64,000 bases of DNA from a virus (IMGVR_UViG_3300036819_000087:1-64000); one strand, 5' to 3'. Shown: positions 9,368 through 19,199, counted from the first letter of the stretch. The notes: a model not told the origin generated them from the letters alone. Translations and numbers: made by a program.

Positions 9368-9700
9368 TCAGGCCGCCGGGAACGGGATCGGCACCACCAT
9401 CGGCGGACCGTCCGGCGGCTCCTGTTCCGCCTCGGGGATGGTCGGGCCGCCGCACCGCGGGCACGTGGCCGACCAGGCTTGGGCGAGGAACCGGCACGGC
9501 TGGCACCAGCGGCCGTTGCGGGTGCCGATCGCGGTCGCCCCTTTGGTGACCAGGCCGATCGACGAGTGCTGCGACTTGGCCAGGGCGTCGGCGTGCCGGT
9601 CCTCCAGCACCACCGACCCGCCCGGCTTGGTGTCGTACCTGGTCCCGTCTGCGCAGGTGAATCCGCCGCAGCCGGGCGGTAGCTGGACCCGTTCAGGCAT
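9368..9700 (-). CDS. Zinc-ribbon hypothetical protein
   Basis: CQPC...CPRCG; GGAG RBS. Confidence 0.6.
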   Translation of the reverse strand: MPERVQLPPGCGGFTCADGTRYDTKPGGSVVLEDRHADALAKSQHSSIGLVTKGATAIGTRNGRWCQPCRFLAQAWSATCPRCGGPTIPEAEQEPPDGPPMVVPIPFPAA

Positions 9701-9710
9701 CGGCGGGCTC

Positions 9711-9977
9711 CTATCCGCTGGTGATGGTGAGGACGCCGAGGGTCGTGGCCGCGGAGCCGACGGCGTACAGGTTCTGGCCGCGGGAACCGGGCCAGCCGGT
9801 GATGTCAACCTGGGCGCCGGCGGGTATCCCGTACCCGTTGGCCGAGGTGACACCGGTCCCGCCGATGAACACGGGCCCGGCGCTGGTGTTGGACAGCAGG
9901 ACGGTGCACGGGCCGGGGGGCACGGCGACCACCATGGTGGCCGCCGTGCCGACCGCAGCCTGCTCGGCTGAAATCAT
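9711..9977 (-). CDS. Putative capsid decoration protein (paralog 3)
   Basis: N...VFIGG.GVT..NG..IPAG motif shared with the two upstream genes. Confidence 0.55.
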   Translation of the reverse strand: MISAEQAAVGTAATMVVAVPPGPCTVLLSNTSAGPVFIGGTGVTSANGYGIPAGAQVDITGWPGSRGQNLYAVGSAATTLGVLTITSG

Positions 9978-9984
9978 CCGGGCC

Positions 9985-10479
9985 TCACACCGCCCCGGCC
10001 GAGACCGCCACCTGCGTGGTGGCCTGGCCGATCCCGTTGAACGTGCTGGCGGATCCGTGCGCGAACGCGAACGGGGCCGCCGTGGTCACCGACCCCGCCG
10101 CCGAAGCGGACACGGTCTGGATCTCCTGCCGGGCACTGCCCGCCTCGATCACGATCTGGGAGCCGACGGTGAAGAACGTGCCACCCGACGCGACGGACAG
10201 CACCGACCCGCCCTGCGCGGCCGCCGAGCTGGTCGTGCCGGCCAGCGCACCCGCCGAGGCGTTGAACCCGGCCACCCCGTAGACGGGGAGGCTGGCGTTG
10301 GCGAAGCTGACCGACTCACCGGGCGGCAGTTCGAGCCCGCCGACCGTGGTGACCGCCGGCCCGCCGAGATACAGGGGGTTGCTGCCGATGTTCTGGATGA
10401 AGACCGACGACTTCCCGGACGTGTTGGGCACGTACAGGCTGACGGGGGTCGCGGCGATGGGGACGTTGAACGGTGGCAC
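9985..10479 (-). CDS. Putative capsid decoration protein (paralog 2)
   Basis: IQNIGSNPLYLGGPAVTTVGGLELPPGES; GAGGAGG RBS. Confidence 0.55.
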   Translation of the reverse strand: MPPFNVPIAATPVSLYVPNTSGKSSVFIQNIGSNPLYLGGPAVTTVGGLELPPGESVSFANASLPVYGVAGFNASAGALAGTTSSAAAQGGSVLSVASGGTFFTVGSQIVIEAGSARQEIQTVSASAAGSVTTAAPFAFAHGSASTFNGIGQATTQVAVSAGAV

Positions 10480-10501
10480 ACTGGCCTCCTCTCGACCGTG
10501 G

Positions 10502-10855
10502 TCAGACCACGGCGTCGACGGTGACCAGCCCGGCCTCGACCGGGACGGACACGGCGGCGGTGATGCCCCACAGGTTGAACGTGGACGAGGCGCCGGTCGA
10601 GGCGGAGCCCTGGATGACCAGGGACTGCCCGGCCGGGATCGGGACACCGGTCGCGGTGGTGACGGCGGAGCCGCCGACGTAGACGGTGGCGGTGCCGGCG
10701 TTCTGGATCTGGAGACCGGTACTGAGACCGGCACCGGGCGGGAACGTGTACGAGGTGCCGCCGACAGTGCAGCCGGTACCCGAGAACAGGACGGTCGCGG
10801 TCGTGCCGGGCAGGCTGGTCTGGTAGGCGGGCGGGGAGGTAACGAAGATCGCCAC
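10502..10855 (-). CDS. Putative capsid decoration protein (paralog 1)
   Basis: IQNAGTATVYVGGSAVTTATGVPIPAGQS; AAGGAG RBS; immediately after the capsid gene. Confidence 0.55.
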   Translation of the reverse strand: MAIFVTSPPAYQTSLPGTTATVLFSGTGCTVGGTSYTFPPGAGLSTGLQIQNAGTATVYVGGSAVTTATGVPIPAGQSLVIQGSASTGASSTFNLWGITAAVSVPVEAGLVTVDAVV

Positions 10856-10882
10856 ACAGCTCCTTCCGAGCGGTGAACGTGC

Positions 10883-10921
10883 GTCAGCCCCGGCCCGGGA
10901 GGGGGTTGGGCCGGGGCTGAC
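10883..10921 (-). terminator. Hairpin downstream of the major capsid gene
   Basis: GTCAGCCCCGGCCC/GGGCCGGGGCTGAC 14-bp stem. Confidence 0.6.
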
Positions 10922-10953
10922 ACGGGGTTGGGGTTCGGGGGTTGCCCGCTCGG

Positions 10954-12795
10954 TCAGGAGTAGGGGGTGGAGTCGTTGACCTGGAGACCGGCCAGCACAC
11001 CGCTGTACTGCGGCGCGTGGGCGACCAGCGCGCCGTACATGAACAGGCTGTACCGAAAACTTGCGTCGATGACGGGCCAGGCGATCGAGACGTAGTCCTG
11101 GACCATGGTCATTTCCCAGGCGTTGGCCACGTTGGTCCACGTCTGGGGCAGCGCGTAGCTCATCAGCATCGCGGTGCCCTGGGTCAGCCACGGGTGCACG
11201 ACCAGCTTCAGGATCGAACGTGTGATCGGGTTCTGGAACTCCGACACGGCGGCGCCGACGCGGACGCCGGGGACCTCGGACTGCTCCAGGAACAGCCGGT
11301 AGTTGGTCGCCGACCCGGCCGCGATCACGTCGTTCGACAGGCGCATGATGTCGCCGCCGTCACCGACCAGCTCGCCGGGGTCGGCCTTGAACGCGCCCGG
11401 CGCGTTGCTGTTGGACTCCCACAGGGCGTCCAGCGCGGTGTAGATCGCGTTGTAGGACAGGTGGGTGCCGACGTTGGGGGCGTAGTAGCCGCCCTGCCAG
11501 CCGTTGGGGTAGATGCCGTTGTTGGCGGACTTGCCTTCCAGGGTCGGGATGATCCCTTCCATGCGGGTCCCGGCCCCGGTCGTGGTGTCCGTGGTCGGGG
11601 GATGCGCGCCGGTGGTGGGCACCGCGCCCTGGAGCGTGTACTTCGCGCCACCGACCGAGCTGACCATCTTGAAGCAGGCCGAGGACGCTTGCGCGGAGCC
11701 GGCACCGACCGCGTAGATGTTCCACTGGAGCGCGCCGGCGCTGTTGGTGGTGGTCACGTCGATCACGCTGGTGCCGGTGGTCGCCCCGGTCACGTTGATC
11801 ACGTTGGAGGCGACGGTCTCGCCCCAGTAGTTGGTCGCGGTCGCGCAGATCGACACGTCCGCGTTGCTGAACGTGATGGGGGTCTCGTTGCTGCCCGCCG
11901 TCCGCGCCGTGGCGGAGACCAGCACAGGAGCTGACAGCGGGGTCGAGGTCGCCGCGATCATCGCGTATTCCTCGCCCAGCATCATCTCTTGCAGCAGGAC
12001 CAGGTTGGCCAGCGCGGAGATGTCCTCGAAGCCCTGCCCGGCGAACTGCGCGAGCCACGACAGCGACTCGGTCAGGCCGAAGAACCGGTACGGCACCTCG
12101 AGCTGAACTTCCGTCTGGGAACCGGACGACGGGAGGTTCAGCGGCCAGGAGCCGCCGGACAGGTTGCCGCCGTTCTCGACCAGTTCGGGGATGGAGATGT
12201 CGATGACACCCTGGCCACCCGTCTGGCTGCCCGAGATGCCGGTGAACACGCGCTCGATCCGCGCCGTGCCCTGACCCGCGGGGCGGGGCAGCTTGTTGCG
12301 GAAGACGGTGTACACGGGGTAGATCAGCCGGCTGGGGGCCAGCAGGTCGAACGGGACCAGGCCGGAGACGGTGCCGATACCGAGGTTCCCCGCGGTGAAC
12401 GACTTGAGGGCGTCGGCGCCGCCGGGCATGCCGCCGAGGACCTGGGAGAGCTGCTCCCCCAGCGACGGCATGGTCAGCGCGGTCTTGAGGGCACCGAACT
12501 GGTTGAGGAAGTCGGGGCGGAATCCCTTGGCGACCGAGGCGCGGTCACGGAACCCGCGGCTGGTCTCGGCGCGCAGGTCGACGGTGGCCTGGGCGGCCCG
12601 GTTCATGATGTCGGTCGGGTCGGACAGGGGGGCGTTGCTGCCGGTCGCGTACCCGGCGCCCTTGACCAGGGCCGGCATGCGGGCCTTGATCATGTCGCCG
12701 GTGGTGTTGTACCGGGCGGCCTCCGCTCCTGCGGCGGCGGTTGAACCGGTCAGCGCGGTGGGCGCTGGCGGTTCAGAGGTCAGAACATCAGCCAC
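10954..12795 (-). CDS. Major capsid protein
   Basis: 613 aa directly after the protease/scaffold gene, strong RBS, ALK-SFTAG candidate maturation site, followed by a hairpin. Confidence 0.85.
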   Translation of the reverse strand: MADVLTSEPPAPTALTGSTAAAGAEAARYNTTGDMIKARMPALVKGAGYATGSNAPLSDPTDIMNRAAQATVDLRAETSRGFRDRASVAKGFRPDFLNQFGALKTALTMPSLGEQLSQVLGGMPGGADALKSFTAGNLGIGTVSGLVPFDLLAPSRLIYPVYTVFRNKLPRPAGQGTARIERVFTGISGSQTGGQGVIDISIPELVENGGNLSGGSWPLNLPSSGSQTEVQLEVPYRFFGLTESLSWLAQFAGQGFEDISALANLVLLQEMMLGEEYAMIAATSTPLSAPVLVSATARTAGSNETPITFSNADVSICATATNYWGETVASNVINVTGATTGTSVIDVTTTNSAGALQWNIYAVGAGSAQASSACFKMVSSVGGAKYTLQGAVPTTGAHPPTTDTTTGAGTRMEGIIPTLEGKSANNGIYPNGWQGGYYAPNVGTHLSYNAIYTALDALWESNSNAPGAFKADPGELVGDGGDIMRLSNDVIAAGSATNYRLFLEQSEVPGVRVGAAVSEFQNPITRSILKLVVHPWLTQGTAMLMSYALPQTWTNVANAWEMTMVQDYVSIAWPVIDASFRYSLFMYGALVAHAPQYSGVLAGLQVNDSTPYS

Positions 12796-12852
12796 ACAAC
12801 CTCTTTCCTGGGGTGGCTCTGCACACCCCCACGCGGGGGTGCGGGGTGGGGT

Positions 12853-15800
12853 CTACTGGTGGGTGGTGCCGTTGCCGGCGATGCCGAGCTGACCGGACAG
12901 CGCCTGCCAGGCGCGTTCCCGCATCGCGGGGTCCGGGGAGTTGCGCCACTCGTCGGCGAGGTTGCGCATGACCGCCATCTGGGACCGCTCCGCGGCCTTG
13001 GTGACGGTCGGGTTTTCGATCGACCCCACCGGGGCCATCGAAGCTGGGTTGGGGAACGCTGGCCCGCGGTAGGGGGCGACACCCTGGTCGGGTTCCTCGG
13101 CGAGGGCGTTGAGCATCTTGCCCTGCTTGCGCAGCAGGCGGGCCTGCCGGGCCAGGACCTCGCCCTGTTCGTCGAGGCGGGCCAGGAGCGGCACGGTCAC
13201 CTCGGCGAGGGCCTCCTTGATCAGGTCCGGGCTGTATGCGCCTGCCCCGGCCCCGGCCGCTTTGCCGGTCCAGGTCGCGTTCACGGGGACGCTGGCGGGG
13301 AAGCCGAGGGGGGGCAGGCCGAGGACCTCGCGGGCCTCGTTCACCGGCATGTCGCCCTTGATGACCTGTTCGGCGAGCCACTTGCGGGTGCCCTCCGCGT
13401 CGTAGGCCAGGCCGTCAGCGTCCTGGCCGCCGAACCCGTCACCGTCGCCGGCCGAGGCCGACTTGTGGCCTTCCGCCGCCGGGGCGGCCGCGGCCGCGTC
13501 GCCGCTGCCGGCCATGGGGCAGAGGCTGGGGAACGTCTGCGCGATGTGGTCGTGGATCGCGGCCAGCGCCTGGTGGACCTGGTCGCGGGCCGTGTTCCGG
13601 TAGAACAGGCGGCCGCTCTTGTTCGACGGGGAGTCCGCGGCGTGCCCGGCGGTGAGCGCCCCCCGGTCGAACTCGGCGGCGGTGATGTCGCTGGCGGGCA
13701 CCCGGGCCGTGTTCGGCTCCTTGTGCCCCGGCGATGGGGCAGCATGCCCGGCCGTGATGTACGGCCGGTTGAACCGGCCCGGGGACAGCTCCGACGGGGT
13801 GGGGGCGTGGCCGGGGCCCGGGTTGGCGTCCTGGAACGCCTTGTGGACCGCTTCACCCACCTCGGCGAGGACGATCGGGTCGGCGGCCTTCAGCATCACC
13901 GCGTCCTGCCACAGGACCTGCGACTTGGCGGCCTCGTCCAGCGGCGCGGAGGTGGCGGCGGTGAACGCGGCCCGCGCCCACTCGTCCGTGTCAACCACGT
14001 TGGCGAGGGTCGCGCCCGGGTGAGCCTTGGCCACATCGGCTGGGTGGTAGGCGGCGCAGGTCAGGTCGTGGAGGCGGCCGAGGTCACCGGGCACACCGAG
14101 GGTCTTGAACCGGGAGTGGGCGGCCTTCTCGTAGTCAGCGTCGGGGTCGGTGGGCAGCCGGGCGTCGTGTTCGAGGGCCTCGATCGCCTGCCCGTCCGGT
14201 TCCCGGTGCTTCGGCACCGGGGTGGTGTGCTCCCCGCGGACCCCATCACCAGGTGACGGCTTGCCCGCCTTGCTGGCCTTGGCGTCGCTGGCCTCGTCGT
14301 CCTCGTCGTCATCATCCTCGGGGGACTCGTCCCCGTCGTCCCCGTCATCCTCCCCATCATCGGGGTCATCGCCGGAGGCGGTGTCGTCCTCGGCCAGGTC
14401 ATCCCCGCCGTCGTCGTCGGTCTTGCCCTTGGCCAGGTCGGTGTCCTCGACCGCGCCGGCGTCAGCGTCGCCGGCCTTCCGGGCGGGGGGGAGTTTCGCG
14501 CCGCACCCCTCGCAGTGGCTGCCGTCGAAGTCGGAGTGGTGGTTCTTCCCGCACTCCTTGCACGCCCGCTTCCCGGCCTTCTCCACGTCCGCCTCGGCCG
14601 GGCTGCCGCCGATCTCCCCGGTGCCCTTGCAGCGGGGGCACTTCACGTGCCCGTCCCGGATCGTCTTGGTGCCGTGGCAGAGCGTGCATTCGCTCTTGGT
14701 GGTCAGGTCCTCGCTGGTGTCGACACGTGCCGCCTTTCCCGCCCCGTCCTGCCACGAGCCGGGCAGCCGGGCCGCGAACTGCGGCCCCTTCCGGTGGGCG
14801 ATCCTTGTGATGTTGGCGCGGAGCTTGTCCGGCCCGTAGTTGCTGTCGCCGGCCCGGCCGATCGAGGTGGCCGCGTCGTGCACGTCCTGCGGGGTTTTGA
14901 TCGGGTAGGACCGGTCCCGGCCCGCGAAATCGGAGTCCGGGAGGGCGTCGCGGTCGGTGCCGCCGCCCACGTTCGGGTCAAAATCGCGTTTCGCCGACTG
15001 GGCGCTGGTGGACTTGGCGCCGGGCCCGGACCGTTGCGCGTCGTCAAGCTTGGCGTGGGCGGCCGGGTCGGTTTCCTGCGGGTCGTCATCCATCGGCTTG
15101 GCCCGGGTCCGTGGCTTGCGCGGTTCCGGCTCGGCGGGGCTGGTGGCGTCGTCCTCGTCGACCTCATCCGCTGCCGCGGCCTTCCCCGCGGTCTCGCGGG
15201 TGATCGCCTGGGCGTGGGCGAGGTTCCCGGCCGTGGTCTGGTGCTGTTCCGGTTTCGCTGCCGGCTTGGCCCGGCCCGAACTGGTGTGGTGCCGGGCCGC
15301 CGCGGCCTGCTCCTCCTCAGCCTCCTCGTGCGCCTCGTGCGCCTCATGCGCCTCATGGGCAGTGTGGGCGTCGTGTTCGGCGTGCTGGTGCGCCAGGTGC
15401 GCGAGGTGCTCCTCGTGGACCTCGTGCATGACGTGGAGCTGGTGCGCGTCCGGCTTCTTCCCGGCCGCTTCCCGCTGTTCCCCCTGGTGGGCTTCATCCC
15501 ACGCCGTCCAGTCCTTGCCCACCATGCGGGCCTCGGCCTCACGGCGGGCGTCGAGGAGCTTGGCCAGGTCACCGGGGCTGAACGACACCGACACGTCCTC
15601 GGGCAACTCCACCGTCACCGTCTTGCCTCGTCCACGCGCCCACTCCTCACCATCGCCTTGACTGGCCACAACCCGTGCGGCGTCCCCGGCCCGGCCCCGC
15701 CGGGTCTGCCACACCCCGTAACCGCCGCCCGCGCCGTTGGAGAGACGCCCGACCACGTACCCGTTGACGTGGGAGTCGCCGGGCTGCATGTTCCGCGCCT

Positions 15801-16485
15801 CCCGGTCCCCGGCGCCGCCGCCGGGCCCGTCTTTGATCCACCCGTGGGAGTAGCCGTGCGGGCCTTCCTTCCCGGCGAACTCGGGGTCGTCGAGGTCTTC
15901 GCCGGCGGCGTGGTGTTCGGCGAGGGACTTGACCAGCAGGTCAGCGCCGCCGACCTTCCCGGTGAACTCGGCGTGCCCATCCGACCCGGCGGCTTTGGCC
16001 AGCTCGACGTAGCAGCCCCGGTTCGCTGGCCGGTCCACCAGGCTGATTTCGGCGAGTTCACCGCCCTTGATGATCCCGCCGCGGGCTTTGCCGGTCACGT
16101 CCCGGACGATCAGCGGCTTCGCGATCCCCACCGAGAAGGCCCGCAGGTGGCCTTTCTCGCACATCATCCGGGCGACCGGTTCATCGATCGCGGCCTTGAC
16201 CCAGTGGGCGCGGTCACCGTCCCGGTCGATCTCGACTTTCACACCCGACCCGGCCGGCATGAGGCTGGCGTTGTGCTGGACCCGGACGTTCGGGCCGGTC
16301 TGGAACCACGCCTCCATCGCCTTGGCGGACCAGTCCGGGTCGACGATCTGCTCATCAGAGTCGACCTCGGGGGTGGTGGCCTTCCCGTAGACGTACAGGG
16401 TGCCGGTGGCGGGGTCGGTCTCCATCTTCTCGATGGGGAACGAGTGATAGTAGAGGTCGGGGTCGGCGGTGACGGCAGTGGCCAC
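12853..16485 (-). CDS. HK97-type prohead protease fused to cargo modules and scaffold
   Basis: VRVQH, FSVG and EISLVDRPAN protease motifs in the first ~160 aa; then KEGPHGYSHGW tag, His-rich tract, DUF6582-like module, two Zn fingers, acidic tract, C-terminal coiled coil. Confidence 0.85.
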   Translation of the reverse strand: MATAVTADPDLYYHSFPIEKMETDPATGTLYVYGKATTPEVDSDEQIVDPDWSAKAMEAWFQTGPNVRVQHNASLMPAGSGVKVEIDRDGDRAHWVKAAIDEPVARMMCEKGHLRAFSVGIAKPLIVRDVTGKARGGIIKGGELAEISLVDRPANRGCYVELAKAAGSDGHAEFTGKVGGADLLVKSLAEHHAAGEDLDDPEFAGKEGPHGYSHGWIKDGPGGGAGDREARNMQPGDSHVNGYVVGRLSNGAGGGYGVWQTRRGRAGDAARVVASQGDGEEWARGRGKTVTVELPEDVSVSFSPGDLAKLLDARREAEARMVGKDWTAWDEAHQGEQREAAGKKPDAHQLHVMHEVHEEHLAHLAHQHAEHDAHTAHEAHEAHEAHEEAEEEQAAAARHHTSSGRAKPAAKPEQHQTTAGNLAHAQAITRETAGKAAAADEVDEDDATSPAEPEPRKPRTRAKPMDDDPQETDPAAHAKLDDAQRSGPGAKSTSAQSAKRDFDPNVGGGTDRDALPDSDFAGRDRSYPIKTPQDVHDAATSIGRAGDSNYGPDKLRANITRIAHRKGPQFAARLPGSWQDGAGKAARVDTSEDLTTKSECTLCHGTKTIRDGHVKCPRCKGTGEIGGSPAEADVEKAGKRACKECGKNHHSDFDGSHCEGCGAKLPPARKAGDADAGAVEDTDLAKGKTDDDGGDDLAEDDTASGDDPDDGEDDGDDGDESPEDDDDEDDEASDAKASKAGKPSPGDGVRGEHTTPVPKHREPDGQAIEALEHDARLPTDPDADYEKAAHSRFKTLGVPGDLGRLHDLTCAAYHPADVAKAHPGATLANVVDTDEWARAAFTAATSAPLDEAAKSQVLWQDAVMLKAADPIVLAEVGEAVHKAFQDANPGPGHAPTPSELSPGRFNRPYITAGHAAPSPGHKEPNTARVPASDITAAEFDRGALTAGHAADSPSNKSGRLFYRNTARDQVHQALAAIHDHIAQTFPSLCPMAGSGDAAAAAPAAEGHKSASAGDGDGFGGQDADGLAYDAEGTRKWLAEQVIKGDMPVNEAREVLGLPPLGFPASVPVNATWTGKAAGAGAGAYSPDLIKEALAEVTVPLLARLDEQGEVLARQARLLRKQGKMLNALAEEPDQGVAPYRGPAFPNPASMAPVGSIENPTVTKAAERSQMAVMRNLADEWRNSPDPAMRERAWQALSGQLGIAGNGTTHQ

Positions 16486-16562
16486 ACAGCTCCTACGGGG
16501 ATGGGCGTGTCGGATCGGTAAACAGGGGGCCGGTGGGCCGGTGGGCTGGCAGGATGACCGCC

Positions 16563-16763
16563 ATGTTGCTGAGACTGTTCAGGCAGTGGCGGGCGGGGCG
16601 GGATGTGTGCGCCTGCGGGTGTCCCCGGCTCGCTCACCGGCACCACAACCACGGTTCGAATTGCGGCCGGCATCCGTGGTGCACGCGGTTCCACCAGCCC
16701 GGGGCGTGGCGGTGGGTGATCGCCCGTGACGGCCTGCCGATCCGGGCGCCCAAACGGCGGTGA
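16563..16763 (+). CDS. Small Cys/His-rich protein
   Basis: CACGC...H.H...C...C pattern. Confidence 0.45.
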   Translation: MLLRLFRQWRAGRDVCACGCPRLAHRHHNHGSNCGRHPWCTRFHQPGAWRWVIARDGLPIRAPKRR

Positions 16764-17101
16764 CCCCGGAAGACATTGAGGTCCTGCTGGCCGCTGAGGC
16801 GATCGGGCGGGACTGCTGGCTGGCCGGGCTGCGGGTCAGGTACGGGCTCCGCTGCCACGGGCAGCCCAACCCGGTCCATGTCGGCTGGCCGACGCCGCAG
16901 CGGCCCGCGTGGGAATTTGTGATGGAGGGGACAGCGGTCGTGTCGCTGGACGGGGAACACTGGTGGGCGGTCCCCGGCGGGATGGAACTCGGCGAGTTCC
17001 TTGGCCGGCTACGGGCCGGCGAGCCCGACCCACACCAGGTTGGAGACAGTGTTGCTGGACGGGGTGACGTTGGTGAGGCTGGTCAGCCCGGTCCCGTTTG
17101 A
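16760..17101 (+). CDS. Hypothetical protein
   Basis: GTGA overlap with the upstream small ORF. Confidence 0.45.
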   Translation: MTPEDIEVLLAAEAIGRDCWLAGLRVRYGLRCHGQPNPVHVGWPTPQRPAWEFVMEGTAVVSLDGEHWWAVPGGMELGEFLGRLRAGEPDPHQVGDSVAGRGDVGEAGQPGPV

Positions 17102-17608
17102 CGCGGCCCGGTAGTTCGCCGCCGAAAGAGCCACGTTCGGGATCGAACTGGTCTGGGTGCCGACCTGCCGGATGGTGGGCTGGGACCCGGCCAGGTTCGA
17201 CAAGATCGGCACCCACACGAACGGGATCGACGCCGGGTCGAGGCTGACCACCGTGCCGTAGGGGATCTGCTGCGCGTTCGCTCCAGTGAACTGGGCCGCG
17301 CAATCCGCCGAACTGGTGATCACCGACCCGGCCGGTGACATGAGACCCATGAACGTGCCGGTGCTGGTGCCGCTGCCCGCGGTCGCGTTGATGATCCACA
17401 CCGACGACACCTGGCAGGCGGCCCGGACCGGGACCTTGATCAGGTACTGGGTGCCTTTGGTGAACGTGAACGTGCCCGCGATCGCCCCCGGGCTGTCACT
17501 GGCGGCGACCAGGTTGTTATCCGGGGGGAGCCAGGGGACACCAGCGAACGGGGACTGGGCAGTCGCTTCCAGGAGCGGCACCGTCGGCAGACCAGCGAGT
17601 GGGGGCAT
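17009..17608 (-). CDS. Putative virion structural protein
   Basis: S/T/G-rich beta composition; co-transcribed with the fibre-like genes. Confidence 0.6.
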   Translation of the reverse strand: MPPLAGLPTVPLLEATAQSPFAGVPWLPPDNNLVAASDSPGAIAGTFTFTKGTQYLIKVPVRAACQVSSVWIINATAGSGTSTGTFMGLMSPAGSVITSSADCAAQFTGANAQQIPYGTVVSLDPASIPFVWVPILSNLAGSQPTIRQVGTQTSSIPNVALSAANYRAASNGTGLTSLTNVTPSSNTVSNLVWVGLAGP

Positions 17609-17609
17609 G

Positions 17610-19199
17610 TCAGGCCGCCGTCAGTTCGGTGATCCCGGGCTGCCCGGTGATCGCGTTGAACAAGGTCCGGGCGATGTCACCGTGCCCGGCCCGGTACGGA
17701 TGCACGCTGGTGACCGCGGTCAGGTCGAGCGCTGACGCGGCCGCGTTGCTCCCCCACCATTCACCCACGTCCATGTAGGCGGCATAGTCGTTGCCGAGCG
17801 CATAGTCGAGGAGCGTCGCATAGTACTGGTCCTGGGTGCTGCCGCTGCCCGCACCGTTGGGGTTACGGGGAGAGGCCAGGGCCAGCACCGACCAGCCGTC
17901 CGTGATGGCCTGCCCAATGAACTGGCCCATCCACGTCGTGTAGAGGGACAGGGTCACGTCGTTTTGGGTCGAAGCGCCGCCGCCGGCCTGGAACTGCTGG
18001 TCGTTGGCCCCGAACTCGGCGATCACCAGCCCGGTGGCACCCATCCAGCTTGTTTGCGCCCAGTCGTAGCAGGCGCGGGCCGCGGCGGTCTGGTTGGAGC
18101 TCGACGAGGCCTGGTTCAGCGTCCCGGACACCTGCCCGCCCAGCAGGTCCCCGGACACGTAGCCGGGCTGGCCGATCCGGTGGACGAGCACGCCGGGCTG
18201 CCCGGTTTGCATGTTGAACCCGGCCAGGTAGGACTGGGCGGTCGCGGGGGCGGTGAGGGTGATGGTGTCGCCGGGCTGGACCGCAATGTTGGTGGTCACG
18301 GCCCGGCCGGTGTTGGTCAGCGTCGTCAGGCTGGCGTTCGATACGGTCACCGACCCGGTCTGACTGTAGAGCAGGGACACGTCGTCGAGGCCGGACCCGC
18401 CGGTGTTGAACGCGGCGGTCTGGTTGGCCTGGATCACCCCGACCACATACACCCCGGCCGGAACCGTCAGGCTGACGGTGTTCCCGGACCCGTGGACGAT
18501 CCGGGGCCCGTGCCTGAGAGGGACACAGGGCCAGTTGTTGTTGCTGGTCCCACCGCTCCAGGTGACCCGGGAGTCGTCCGCGAACCAGAACCCCTCCCCC
18601 GGATACGACCCGAACCTGAGCGCCAGCAGGGCCCGCAACTGGCCGGCCCACCCGTTCGCGTTGTCGGGGAGGTTGGAGAAGGCGGACAGGTTGTTGTCGC
18701 CGCCCTGCCCCGCGGTGATCGAGTCGCCGACGCACACGATGGGGACCTGGGAGAACAGGGAGTCGCCGAGCGCGGCCCGCCACCGGCGCAGCCCGGTCGG
18801 GGAGTACAGGGTGGGGCGGGGGGTGATCGAGGAGTAGAGGTGCCCGTCGGTGCCGGTGGTCGCGACCGTGGCCAGGAACCCCGCGGTGACCACCTGGTTG
18901 ACCGTGAACCCCGCGCTGTGAGCCACCGGGGCCGAGTTTTCCGCGCCGCGGGTCACCGTCCAGGTGGTGCCCGACACGTTGGTGACCGCGATGATCTCGC
19001 TGGCCAGGGCGAGGACCGCGTCGGCGACGTGGAACTGGCCCGGCGGGCTCGAACTGGACGAGGCAGGCGGGAACAGAGCCGACGAGGCCACCGTCCAGTT
19101 CTCAACCGTCCCCGCCGCCGGGGCTGTGGTCCCACCCGAAACCACCGTGGTGGCGGCCTGGTTCTCGCCGTTGAACAGTTCAACGGTCGCCGCGGTCAT
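17610..19199 (-). CDS. Virion protein with SGNH/GDSL esterase domain
   Basis: VGDSIT (block I), GAND (block III), VHP (block V) after a fibre-like N-terminus (WTVTRGAE). Confidence 0.75.
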   Translation of the reverse strand: MTAATVELFNGENQAATTVVSGGTTAPAAGTVENWTVASSALFPPASSSSSPPGQFHVADAVLALASEIIAVTNVSGTTWTVTRGAENSAPVAHSAGFTVNQVVTAGFLATVATTGTDGHLYSSITPRPTLYSPTGLRRWRAALGDSLFSQVPIVCVGDSITAGQGGDNNLSAFSNLPDNANGWAGQLRALLALRFGSYPGEGFWFADDSRVTWSGGTSNNNWPCVPLRHGPRIVHGSGNTVSLTVPAGVYVVGVIQANQTAAFNTGGSGLDDVSLLYSQTGSVTVSNASLTTLTNTGRAVTTNIAVQPGDTITLTAPATAQSYLAGFNMQTGQPGVLVHRIGQPGYVSGDLLGGQVSGTLNQASSSSNQTAAARACYDWAQTSWMGATGLVIAEFGANDQQFQAGGGASTQNDVTLSLYTTWMGQFIGQAITDGWSVLALASPRNPNGAGSGSTQDQYYATLLDYALGNDYAAYMDVGEWWGSNAAASALDLTAVTSVHPYRAGHGDIARTLFNAITGQPGITELTAA

